64,000 bases of DNA from positions 5,536,001 to 5,600,000 of the forward strand of contig CP181291.1 of NCBI GenBank assembly GCA_052279835.1, read 5' to 3'. Below the pieces are notes generated by a model. That model was not told the origin of the DNA, did not search any database, and saw only the letters and a list, made by a program, of their open reading frames with translations. The first letter of the stretch is position 1. Each line of letters opens with the position of its first letter. The translations under genes were made by a program, and so were the position numbers. This document shows, one piece after another, positions 41,153-50,851 of the stretch. This stretch comes from Microcoleus sp. GTDB lineage: Bacteria > Cyanobacteriota > Cyanobacteriia > Cyanobacteriales > Microcoleaceae.

Positions 41153-41779
41153 ATGAAATTAAAATTTGTCGCACCTTTACTAGCATCCGCTTTAGTTTTG
41201 ACCGGTACTGCTGCATTTGCAGGTCAAGGAAAAACTCGGCTGATCACCAATACTTTAAATGACACTACAACAACATTTCAATGTGTTACTTCCGGTAGGA
41301 ATTTTGTGACTATTGCGCGACGGGGAAATGTGACGACAGATCCCATAATTCTGTGGAAATCTAGGGAATTCGGACCAGAATTTACACCTTGGCAGCGTTG
41401 TCAGATTGTTTCCAACAGATTGACCAAAGCAGTTGCGGACAACGGCGGCCGCTTGACTAACTTACAGTTAACAACAGGTACGATTAATAACCTCCCTGTG
41501 GTTTGTTATGTGAATGGAAGAGGGCGTTGCAATTCTCAAAATATCTTGTTCACCTTGGATAGCAAAAATGCTAAAAATCCCAGTGAAGTTTTAAGCAGAT
41601 TAATTAATTTTGCCCAAGATGGCGGTGGACAGGTAACAGTTTTGAGAACCAGAAACCCAGAGCAATTATCTTCCCAACAGTTTATTCCCTTTGGCGATTT
41701 GGTCGATCGCTCTTTTCATTCAACTACAAACAAACCATCTGTTCCCGCCGAAAAACCAGAGAGCGATCGGGGGATTTAA
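41153..41779 (+). CDS. COP23-domain secreted protein (tandem paralog)
   Basis: Same pattern as the upstream gene; AGGAG RBS before the ATG at 41153. Confidence 0.85.
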   Translation: MKLKFVAPLLASALVLTGTAAFAGQGKTRLITNTLNDTTTTFQCVTSGRNFVTIARRGNVTTDPIILWKSREFGPEFTPWQRCQIVSNRLTKAVADNGGRLTNLQLTTGTINNLPVVCYVNGRGRCNSQNILFTLDSKNAKNPSEVLSRLINFAQDGGGQVTVLRTRNPEQLSSQQFIPFGDLVDRSFHSTTNKPSVPAEKPESDRGI

Positions 41780-41784
41780 TATTT

Positions 41785-41963
41785 AATATCAAATCCGGTA
41801 GCATCTGAATAATTCAGATCTCTATTAGACATCTCCCAAAAAGCTTGTCAAGAACAGGCAGGATGCCTGTTCCACAATAATTATGGGAGATGTCTATTCT
41901 CGGACTCTGTGTCCTCTGTGTTCTAGTAAGGTTAAATCATTCCGATGTAGCCGGAAACGATAT
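41785..41963. mobile_element. MITE with a second MITE nested inside (about 41826-41895)
   Basis: Inner ends TAGACATCTCCCA / TGGGAGATGTCTA, inserted at a TA within the element seen intact at 17304-17410. Confidence 0.75.
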
Positions 41964-42201
41964 AATTTGTTGGTAGTAAGGACTTTAGTCATTAAAAGAT
42001 TCCCAGGAAGAGCCTGGGAATCTGTCATTTATACTGAATTTTAATCAAAGTAATTAGTCATAAAACACTACCAAAAATTCTATTTTATGCTAAATCTTCC
42101 TTCACGCCCTTTGCATCTTCGCGGTTGATTAAATAAATATTATTTAGCTAAAAACCGATTAAAATAAAGAAACAAATGCAAACACAGCCATACAGACAAC
42201 A

Positions 42202-43974
42202 GTGAATCGAGTTTCTCCCGCCATTGTAATTTTAGGTCAAAACAGCCAGCCGATCGCCCGCAAAATCGCCACACTTTTCCCCGGTTCACTGATTTACGGT
42301 TTGACCGATCGCACAACCGATGCCGATATCAACATTACCAACTTCGGCGAAACCTTGCGGGAATTATTTACAACCGAAACCCCAATTATCGGCATCTGCG
42401 CCGCCGGAATTCTGATTCGCACCCTCGCCCCACTGCTGTCAGACAAACGCGCCGAACCCCCTGTCTTAGCCGTAGCCGAAGATGGCAGCGCCGTTGTACC
42501 CTTGTTGGGCGGTTTGCACGGGGTGAATGACTTGGCCAGAGAAATTTCCCAAGCCCTCGGCGTGCAGCCAGCCATCACCACTACCGGAGATATCCGGTTT
42601 CGCACCGCCCTACTCAGTCCCCCCCAGGGCTATAATTTGGCAAATCCAGAGGATGCCAAAACTTTTATTTCAAATTTGCTCGCCGGGGCAAAAGTACGCA
42701 TTGAAGGCGCAGCCAACTGGCTCTGGGAGAGTAATTTGCCGATCGACCCAGACGCAAAATTGACTATTCACATCACCGAAAAAGCCATCAAACCAACACC
42801 AGATTGTTTGGTTTACCATCCCAAAACAGTGACAGTCGCCCTCACGCAAATATCCAATATTCAGCCAGAAATAGCGATTTTACTGATCCAGCAAGTCTTG
42901 GCAAAATCTGGTTTGTCCCTAGCTTCAATTGCAGGAATATTTGCCATAAAAAATGACATGGGTTCTCCGGCGCTGACAGCTATTTCAGATTATTTTAAAG
43001 CCCCAGTCCGTTTCTTCAATCTATCAGAACTGACAGAATTTGACTCGGTTAAATTAATAGAATATAACGCAAATTTTGATGTGACGGCGGCACAAATTGC
43101 CCTGACAGCCGGCGGTGCAAACAGTCAGTTAGTCGGGTACGATCGCCTCAACCAACTCAGTTGCGCCATCGCCCTTGCAGCCCAACCCCTTGATGCTGAG
43201 GCGATCGGCATTAGTCGCGGCCAACTGGCGATCGTCGGTACTGGGCCAGGCGGCGCGCCCTGGATGTCCCCGGAAGTTAAGGAAATTCTGCGGGAAGCTA
43301 CGGATTGGGTAGGTTACAAGTTCTATCTTGATTTGGCTGGAACCCTGCGTCCAGGTCAGCAACGACACGATTCTGACAACCGCCAAGAGATCGATCGCGC
43401 CCGTTTTGCCCTAGATTTAGCAGCATCGGGAAAGTCTGTCGCCGTGGTTTCGTCGGGAGATCCGGGGATTTTTGCTATGGCGGCGGCGGTGTTTGAGGCG
43501 ATCGACCTCGATAGCAAACCAGAATGGTATGGTATCGATATCCGTGTCGCACCGGGCATTTCTGCCATGCAGGCCGCCGCGGCAGCCATCGGAGCACCTC
43601 TGGGACACGATTTTTGCGCGATCTCGCTTTCGGATATTCTCAAGCCTTGGGAGGTGATTGAACAGCGAATTGCTGCGGCTGCGGCTGCTGATTTAGTGAT
43701 TGCATTCTACAATCCCATCTCGAAACAGCGGATTTGGCAATTGTCTAAGGCGATCGAAATTTTGTTGCAAAGTCGATCGGCTCAAACCCCCGTCATACTA
43801 GGTAGAAACCTCGGCAGAATTGGACAATCCGTGCGCGTTTGTACACTCGGTGAATTCCAGCCCGAAGACGCGGATATGAGAACTTTGTTAATTATTGGTT
43901 CCAGTCAGACTCGGATTATTCCCCGGAAATATGGAGATGTTTGGGTTTACACCCCCAGACGATATCAGAAATAA
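42202..43974 (+). CDS. cobJ: CbiG-CobJ fusion (precorrin-3B C17-methyltransferase)
   Basis: GILIRTLAPLLSDKRAEPPV and PLLGGLHG (CbiG); VGTGPG, VSSGDPGIFAMA, HDFCAISLSD and TPRRY (CobJ). Confidence 0.93.
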   Translation: MNRVSPAIVILGQNSQPIARKIATLFPGSLIYGLTDRTTDADINITNFGETLRELFTTETPIIGICAAGILIRTLAPLLSDKRAEPPVLAVAEDGSAVVPLLGGLHGVNDLAREISQALGVQPAITTTGDIRFRTALLSPPQGYNLANPEDAKTFISNLLAGAKVRIEGAANWLWESNLPIDPDAKLTIHITEKAIKPTPDCLVYHPKTVTVALTQISNIQPEIAILLIQQVLAKSGLSLASIAGIFAIKNDMGSPALTAISDYFKAPVRFFNLSELTEFDSVKLIEYNANFDVTAAQIALTAGGANSQLVGYDRLNQLSCAIALAAQPLDAEAIGISRGQLAIVGTGPGGAPWMSPEVKEILREATDWVGYKFYLDLAGTLRPGQQRHDSDNRQEIDRARFALDLAASGKSVAVVSSGDPGIFAMAAAVFEAIDLDSKPEWYGIDIRVAPGISAMQAAAAAIGAPLGHDFCAISLSDILKPWEVIEQRIAAAAAADLVIAFYNPISKQRIWQLSKAIEILLQSRSAQTPVILGRNLGRIGQSVRVCTLGEFQPEDADMRTLLIIGSSQTRIIPRKYGDVWVYTPRRYQK

Positions 43975-44824
43975 TCAGCCCTTGAGTGGACGGGGCAGGG
44001 CTGTTTCATTCTTTTGTAGGGGCAGCCCCCCGTGGCTGCTCCAATCTCACCAAACACCTATGGGGGGAGGGCTTCGCGCATTCTATTTTTTACTGAATAC
44101 GACCGTCAGGGCGATCGGACTTTTTCCCCTCATTTTCCTCCTTTTATTCCGATCGCAGACTTTGAATATCTTCAACACTCAAACCAGTAGTTTGACTAAT
44201 AGTTTGATTGTCCAGAACATTCAGAAGTTGCCTAGCAATTTCCAGAGCTTTTTCTCGCATTCCTAGCGCGATTCCTTCTTCTCTGCCTTCTTCTCTACCT
44301 TGTTCTCGCCCTTGTGCGAGTCCTTCTTCAATTCCCTTTCGCAAGATTCCCTGCTGATCCATAATATACCTCTCGCGATCTTCTAAATCTTTCAACTCTT
44401 CAGGATTCAAGTTAGTTTCATTAGCAATCGCAAAAGCTTGTTGTATTTCCGAAACATTTTCCATTGTTGACGGTACTACTTCCAAACAGGGAGCATTTTT
44501 CATAAAATAAACCCACTTATCAGTCAAAGTTTCCAACTCATCCAATTGTTTGTTGAATTTCGGCAATTCAATAAATATCATTTCCATCCCTGGATCTGGA
44601 TACTCAAATAAACGTTCTTTCTCCTTGAACACGAAGTGAGAAATTACTTCTTGGTCATGGTCAAACATTTCAAAGTCAGTAATTGTCAAAGCAATTACTG
44701 GCTTTAATTTAGAGTATAGCCTTTCTCAGGTAGATGAGATACAATGTAACTGACAAGAACAGAGTGGAAAATATTTAGTTCAAAAAGATCGCACAGCTCT
44801 AATTCAATCTTGTGATTGAAGCCC

Positions 44825-44962
44825 CGATCGGGTCACAGCAGTCGATCGGGTCACAGCAGTCGATCGGGTCACAGCAGTCGATCGCCAAAAGCAGTCGATC
44901 GCCAAAAGCAGTCGATCGGGTCACAGCAGTCGATCGCCAAAAGCAGTCGATCGGGTCACAGC
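44825..44962. repeat. Two-unit tandem array inside the IS left end
   Basis: Units CGATCGGGTCACAGCAGT (A) and CGATCGCCAAAAGCAGT (B), in the order AAABBABA'. Confidence 0.9.
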
Positions 44963-45000
44963 TATTCCCTGATTGTAAAAAGCATCACACCTTACTAAAA

Positions 45001-45957
45001 ATGAAATCTTATTCTATTGACTTTCGACAAAAAATAATTAATGTTTACCATAGTGAGCCCATCTCACAAAGACAAATAGCCAAGCGGTTTTGTGTGGCGA
45101 CTAGCTTCGTTCAAAAATTGCTTAAACAGTATCGCCAAACCCAAAGTATTGCCCCTCAAACTCATCGATGCGGGGGCCTACTTAAACTCAAACCTGAACA
45201 ACTGGTTATTTTAGCGGAATTAATTGAAAAAAATAACGATGCCACCCTCGAAGAACTCTGTCATTTACTCGAGCAAAAAATCGGCGTAAATATCAGTAGG
45301 GCTACAATGGGAAGAATGGCACAACGGTTGAACATAACTTACAAAAAAAAAACTCTCTTCCCCTCAGCTAAAGGCAGTGACAGAGTTCAAAACCTTCGAT
45401 ATGAGTTCTGGCAGCAAATCCGAAATCTGAATATGAATAATTTAATATTTATTGATGAGTCGGGGGTTAATCTAGCTATGGTTAGATTATATGCCCGGTC
45501 GTTAAAAGGCTCAAGAGCCCTTGGGCCTAAACCAAATAGACGTGGCAAAAATGTCTCGATATTGGGAGCAATATCTGTCAAAAAACTGCTGACATCAGTG
45601 AATTTATTAGGCTCAATAGATGGGATTACTTTTGAGGCTTTTATCATCAGAAAACTTGTGCCAAAACTCTGGAAAGGTGCTTGTGTATTGATGGACAACT
45701 ATAGTATTCACAAAGGGGAAGAAATAGAAAAAGCCATTAAGAAAGCGGGAGCAAAGTTAATATTTTTACCCCCGTATTCTCCCGACTTTTCGCCAATTGA
45801 AAATGTATGGTCAAAGCTGAAGTATCTTCTCCGTACTTTTGGTGCGAGAACCTATCAAGCATTAGACTCGGCGATAGTAAGCGCATTTGAGCAAATTGAT
45901 GAGCAAGACCTGTGGAATTGGTTTACTCACTGCTGTTATTGCACCTCATCTATCTGA
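45001..45957 (+). CDS. IS630-family transposase
   Basis: YSIDFRQKII HTH, FIDESG, LMDNYSIH and PPYSPDFSPIENVWSKLK; the stop lies inside the right TIR. Confidence 0.95.
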   Translation: MKSYSIDFRQKIINVYHSEPISQRQIAKRFCVATSFVQKLLKQYRQTQSIAPQTHRCGGLLKLKPEQLVILAELIEKNNDATLEELCHLLEQKIGVNISRATMGRMAQRLNITYKKKTLFPSAKGSDRVQNLRYEFWQQIRNLNMNNLIFIDESGVNLAMVRLYARSLKGSRALGPKPNRRGKNVSILGAISVKKLLTSVNLLGSIDGITFEAFIIRKLVPKLWKGACVLMDNYSIHKGEEIEKAIKKAGAKLIFLPPYSPDFSPIENVWSKLKYLLRTFGARTYQALDSAIVSAFEQIDEQDLWNWFTHCCYCTSSI

Positions 45958-46486
45958 GAAAGGCTATAGCCTTGACCGCGAAACAGTTGAGTTGAGTAAG
46001 CTTTGGCAGTATTGTAGACAACTCGTTTTGCAAAAGATGCCACATTTAACACTTGCATCTCAATAATTACAATTTGGCCTCCTGCAAGTTTTGCTTGAAC
46101 ATCCAGGTAAGAATCTTTGAGATAAGCAACTTTGGATGGTAAATACGGATCGATAATTTCTAAGTCGGTGATGGTGGAATTTCCACGATAAATCATGGCA
46201 TTCAGAAAGCTGATTAAAATTGGTTTGCTTTCGTTAGAACCGAAAATCTTTTTGAATGCAAAGTCGGTTTTGGGGTTAATGAATCTCATGGTAATTTTTC
46301 GTTCTCCTAGCGCTGCAATGACTCAATCTATCTGGCAAGGACAATCAAAACATTTAAAGATTTGCTGAGCTGTGTGGGGACGATCATTTTTTACGATGTT
46401 CCGCCACACCGGGAATTCATAAACTGAAAATTAAGCTGTCTTGACTGATTTCAATTATAACTGAGATCTTGCACCATTCTCAATTA

Positions 46487-46655
46487 GCTGTAGGGGCGGG
46501 TTCACCAACAATATATAAGAAGAATCAACAATCTCAATAAACCCGCCCGCCCCCAACGGTAAATTCAAATGCACCTCTTTCAAGATACAAGGGGCGGGTT
46601 CGCCATTAGCCTTAAAGCTTACAGACAGGTTAAGCAAACCCGCCCTCCCCCATCG
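46487..46655. repeat. REP-like cluster (GGGGCGGGTT..AAACCCGCCC)
   Basis: Two palindromic pairs read directly. Confidence 0.75.
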
Positions 46656-46752
46656 AAAATCCCTTTACCGATTATTTTTATCGCCCTTTATGTTCTTGAA
46701 ATACTTGTATGAATTTTTGCATTACAGGTCTTTCACTGTCAACTTTATTTCA

Positions 46753-47769
46753 ATGAATTTAGTTATGACCGACCTTTTAATCGTGACTTCCGAGACAGAC
46801 ATTCATGCAGATGTCGTTATCAACGAATTACAAAAATCAAATATTCGAGCAATTCGCTTGAATTCAGAAAGTTTTATTAAAAACAGCAAATATGCTTACT
46901 CGTGGCAAGCTTCGGGCAATCCCAGTCAAAGTTTTTTGTCCTTTGAAGACTCCTTGAAAGAAGCTCAAGATATTGGCGTGATTTGGTGGCGCAAACCACA
47001 AGATTATCAAGTGTTTCCAGAAGTTGATGATGCTTGGGCTATCAAGTATTGTCAAGAAGAAACAGAATCTTTAATGTATTCTCTTTCTGGACTCTATCCC
47101 AAAGCTAGATGGGTGAATAACTACTACAAAATTAGATTGCCATCCCATCGCATCAACCAAATCCCCATTGCTCAAAAAGTGGGAATTACTATCCCTCCAA
47201 CACTCGTCACCAATTCCTACGATGCGGCTTGCAACTTTGTGACACAACAGGGAAAGTGCATTGTCAAACCCATGCGCTACTCTGGTTTTCTACATGATGA
47301 AAAGCAATATGCGTGCTACACTCGTCCCATTGATGTAGAAACACTTGAGGTATTTCGAGATAGTATTCGATTGGCACCTGTTTTTATTCAAAAACGCATT
47401 CAAAAAAAAGCTGAATATCGTGTTACATTAATTGGCAAGCATGATTTTGTCTGTCGCATTGATGCCAAACATACCAACGATTCAGATGTAACCTTAGATT
47501 GGCGCGTCACCGAACCGGATAAACTCGTTCATGTTCCCGACAAGCTACCAATGGATTACCTCAACAAACTTCATCAAATGCTTGACGAATTTGGTTTAAA
47601 TTTTGGTGCATTCGACATCATTCGTGACGATGATGATACGCTCTATTTTATCGAACTCAATCCCAACGGACAGTGGTATTGGATCGAAATTCTCACTAAA
47701 ATGCCTATGGTTCGCGCCATGGTTGAACTCATCGAAGATTTAGCGCTGCAATATCAACAGGATTGCTGA
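46753..47769 (+). CDS. RimK-like ATP-grasp ligase, MvdC/MvdD (graspetide synthetase) type
   Basis: DIHADVV, IWWRKP, IPPTLVTNS, EYRVT, DWR, FGAFD and FIELNPNGQW. Start may be 46765. Confidence 0.85.
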   Translation: MNLVMTDLLIVTSETDIHADVVINELQKSNIRAIRLNSESFIKNSKYAYSWQASGNPSQSFLSFEDSLKEAQDIGVIWWRKPQDYQVFPEVDDAWAIKYCQEETESLMYSLSGLYPKARWVNNYYKIRLPSHRINQIPIAQKVGITIPPTLVTNSYDAACNFVTQQGKCIVKPMRYSGFLHDEKQYACYTRPIDVETLEVFRDSIRLAPVFIQKRIQKKAEYRVTLIGKHDFVCRIDAKHTNDSDVTLDWRVTEPDKLVHVPDKLPMDYLNKLHQMLDEFGLNFGAFDIIRDDDDTLYFIELNPNGQWYWIEILTKMPMVRAMVELIEDLALQYQQDC

Positions 47770-47829
47770 ATTCGATCGAAAATTACACATTTTATTAGGA
47801 TTGCTTCGTTCCTCCTATCGGACAAGGAT

Positions 47830-48693
47830 TCAACGAGCTACAGCCACATCCTCAGATATCACCTGAGAATGCTCCACCCGAAACACATTCGCGCTTAAAT
47901 TAGCCACAACTTGTTTCCCCTGCTGCGTCAGTTCCAAATAGCCGATCGCATCCTTGATATACCGATAAACCACATTCCAATAAAACTTAGGATATCCATC
48001 CCGCAAATCCCCCGGATTCCTATACCCCAAAACCTGATTCTGACCAGTTTCCTCAAACTCGTAAAACAGCGCCGCCACTTTTTGTAAATATCGCGGATCG
48101 CTCAACTGACCAATTAAATCAGCCGCGCGAACTAAACCTGGATAATTGACCGTATCTTGATAATCTTCATCCGCCGGCACCGGGAAACGAGTTAGCTCAA
48201 TATTACGCTTAACCCGCTCCGCATCAATCAGTTTATGACCGCCAAAACGCTCAGAAACAAACATTTTACCGCGATCGACATGATAGAGAGTCAAACTAGC
48301 ATCCGTCGCCCCCGGAGGCAGTTTTATTTTTCCATCGCCTACCCCCGTCGCATACATCCTCAAATCAGTTTGATCGAGACGGCAAACTCCCTTCACATAC
48401 CCAATATCGTGACATAGCAAAGCGATGTGGAAATGTAGCCAATCTTCACAGGAAACACCCCCTTCACGAATGTGTTTGCCACGCATAATTTCCTGTCCCA
48501 CCAAGGTCACTAAAATAGTATGTTCTACATTGTGGTAAAGAGCATCGCTATTGGCAATATTTTGCAAGGCCATATCAGCTACCCAGCCAATAATCTCTCC
48601 ATAGTCTGACTTGAAGCCACCGTAAGTGTAGCGGTATCCTTCAATCAGCCGATTTATGAAAGCTTTAATCAGTAATTCTGTGGCATTAAACAT
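47830..48693 (-). CDS. HD-domain metalloprotein (Npun_R2479-like)
   Basis: YHNVEHT, LLCHDIG, YHVDRG and AADLIGQ. Confidence 0.88.
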   Translation of the reverse strand: MFNATELLIKAFINRLIEGYRYTYGGFKSDYGEIIGWVADMALQNIANSDALYHNVEHTILVTLVGQEIMRGKHIREGGVSCEDWLHFHIALLCHDIGYVKGVCRLDQTDLRMYATGVGDGKIKLPPGATDASLTLYHVDRGKMFVSERFGGHKLIDAERVKRNIELTRFPVPADEDYQDTVNYPGLVRAADLIGQLSDPRYLQKVAALFYEFEETGQNQVLGYRNPGDLRDGYPKFYWNVVYRYIKDAIGYLELTQQGKQVVANLSANVFRVEHSQVISEDVAVAR

Positions 48694-49366
48694 ATTCACT
48701 TCCCTGCTCGAAACTAGCGGTTTAAATATTTTTATCCTGGTTGAGGAGAGGCAACAATTTTAGCTTGATTTTTAGCTACTTTTTTCTCTGAATTCCCGTT
48801 ATTATCTACAAGCATCTACTAATAGATTATGAACGACGAAGGCTGAAATTAGCTATCGAACAACTAGCCACTCCAGGCGCACCCTAAATAATTGGCATCT
48901 ATAGGCGATCGAGGTGTCAGACCCTTCAATCACCACTAACCCCTGACAATCAAGTTATTTCATTAAGTAAAATCCCACATCTCACATCTAACATCCAAAA
49001 TTGTTTGACATCTTCCGCTGCGATCGCCCTATCGTTGGATATTTCACTCAACAGAACACATTAACAGTATAACTTGGTACAACTACTTAGCTAGGAATCG
49101 CGATCGGAAATCTATTCAATCTAACTACTATCCCACTGCATCCGCAAGTCGAGGGGGCAATAGCTAAATCCTGGTAATGATTTTGAGAAAAAATACTTAG
49201 GGTATAGTTATCACAAACCTCAGTAATTATGACTAATAGTAACTCTACTTCATCATCCACTCAATCCGTAGATTCTCAGGTGACGAGGATAAGTCTTTTT
49301 TGTGACACCTCGATTCTCAAGAGGCGATCGGCACACCTCATTTTTGTGATTTCAAGCCCAAATTAA

Positions 49367-49409
49367 TGTGATCTGTATCACCCATGGGAACTAAAACAGT
49401 ATATATAAT
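49367..49409 (+). promoter_or_regulatory. Putative CRP-type site TGTGA-N6-TCACC with TATAAT at class II spacing
   Basis: Site at 49367-49382 and TATAAT at 49404-49409. Confidence 0.55.
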
Positions 49410-49528
49410 ATAAAAAAAATAATAAAATAACAAATTAAGTGCATCTCTCCATAATTCCTGTCCCGTAAATTTCTCTGCGATACATTATCTCCTCCACTTA
49501 ATCATCTTCATAATCAAGGTTATAGGCA

Positions 49529-50341
49529 ATGATTCAAGCACAAAATAAATATGCCGACCTTTCTCAACGCCGACACCCAGATATCCTAGGGCAAATTCCT
49601 CTAGAAGTTAAAGATTGGGCCCAAAGCCTCCCTTGGAACAAGCGCCGCTATCTATTGTCCCTCTGTTATATCTTGTGCGCATCCACTCCCGACTTGCAAG
49701 CCGAATTTTTAGATGACTACACGGCAGATGGCTTAGTTTCAAAAATGTTTGAAGATGTAGATACCCTACATCGAGTCAAACAGTATCTGATCAGGTTCCG
49801 AGTTAAAAAAGAATTAAACGAATCAGATTTAAGAACTTACATCAAACAATTTTATATCCACTCCGCTCAACAAGTACGCGGGCAAAACGACCAGTATTTA
49901 GAATCGGCACTTCGTTTCGTTTTGAGTACAGAAGAACGAAATAATGTTTTCAACTACATTTTGGGTTTTGAATTTATTAAAATAGTATTTCAAATGAGCT
50001 GGTTGCAACACGAACGATTGGCGAGACTACAAAAAAATCAGTGCCAGTTTATCGAAACTTACATCAAGCCGATTCAACACGCACACAAAATCAACGGTAT
50101 CATTGTTCCAAAAGATGAAAAAATATTTTTTGCGAGGCGGGTATATTACGTTCAACAGCCCGATATTTCCTACAAAAAACTAATTGAATTAGTGACCGCA
50201 ACTTTTACCACAGAAATGGTAACTAACTGTGGATTTTCTATAAGTCGGCACGCACAAGCTTTGCACTTTGACTGCGATTATATCTACAATCCAGAGCCGG
50301 AAGAAGCAAGATTTCCAACGGAATTGCAATTTATTTATTGA
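49529..50341 (+). CDS. Hypothetical protein (270 aa)
   Basis: Long ORF with an upstream promoter; no motif recognised. Confidence 0.8.
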   Translation: MIQAQNKYADLSQRRHPDILGQIPLEVKDWAQSLPWNKRRYLLSLCYILCASTPDLQAEFLDDYTADGLVSKMFEDVDTLHRVKQYLIRFRVKKELNESDLRTYIKQFYIHSAQQVRGQNDQYLESALRFVLSTEERNNVFNYILGFEFIKIVFQMSWLQHERLARLQKNQCQFIETYIKPIQHAHKINGIIVPKDEKIFFARRVYYVQQPDISYKKLIELVTATFTTEMVTNCGFSISRHAQALHFDCDYIYNPEPEEARFPTELQFIY

Positions 50342-50395
50342 TAATCAAGCAAATATAGCCTTTCGATCTGTCCTATGAGGTACGAGCGAGAATCG

Positions 50396-50705
50396 GTAAT
50401 GGGTAATGGGTAATGGGTAATGGGTAATAGGCGATTGGTAACAGGTAATGGGTAATTGGTAATTAATAATGCCCTATAGCCTCTGCCCCATGCTTCGACC
50501 CGCTCGCGAAGCCGAAGGGCTCAGTACAAGTTACCCATTACCCATTACCCATTATATCAATTCCGGTTGTATCGGAATTGATATAACCGCGAAGGCGCTA
50601 AGGACGCGAAGGAAGAGAAGAGAGAGTTTAATACAGGACGATGAAGAGAGGATTTTATATTACCCATTACCCATTACCCATGCCCCATTACCCCTTACCC
50701 ATTAA
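50396..50705. repeat. GGTAAT(G) / TTACCCA repeats and REP-like hairpins
   Basis: Includes the perfect hairpin TTATATCAATTCCG-N7-CGGAATTGATATAA at 50552-50586. Confidence 0.8.
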
Positions 50706-50851
50706 TTCTCAAATTTCTGAGTGCAAATCCATAGCACCTAGATTCCCTCAGAACAGATAAAAATGGGCAACTATGCCTTGTGGAGGATAGTCTGAAATGG
50801 CCAATTTTTGGGATAATAAACAGCAGCACTCAACTTAGCTGAGGAACCAAC

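Larger units (their letters stand above)
44717..45966 (+). mobile_element. IS630-family insertion sequence
   Basis: TIR TAGCCTTTCTCAG(G/A)TAGATGAG (21/22 match); TA duplicated at 44715-44716 and 45967-45968. Confidence 0.95.
44144..46289 (-). pseudogene. Rpn-family PD-(D/E)xK nuclease interrupted by IS630
   Basis: MRFINPKTDFAFKKIFG and IIEMQV. Removing the IS restores RGQGYSKLKPVIALTITDF in frame. Confidence 0.93.

Noticed and set aside
41964..42201. Cobalamin riboswitch upstream of cbiG-cobJ
   Set aside because: No B12-box or other conserved riboswitch elements seen.
44812..45000. N-terminal transposase extension (IGSQQS repeats) or mini-CRISPR
   Set aside because: It is translated tandem repeat without unique spacers; the transposase begins at MKSYS (45001).
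50469..50705. 78-aa ORF
   Set aside because: Composed largely of STRR and REP sequence.
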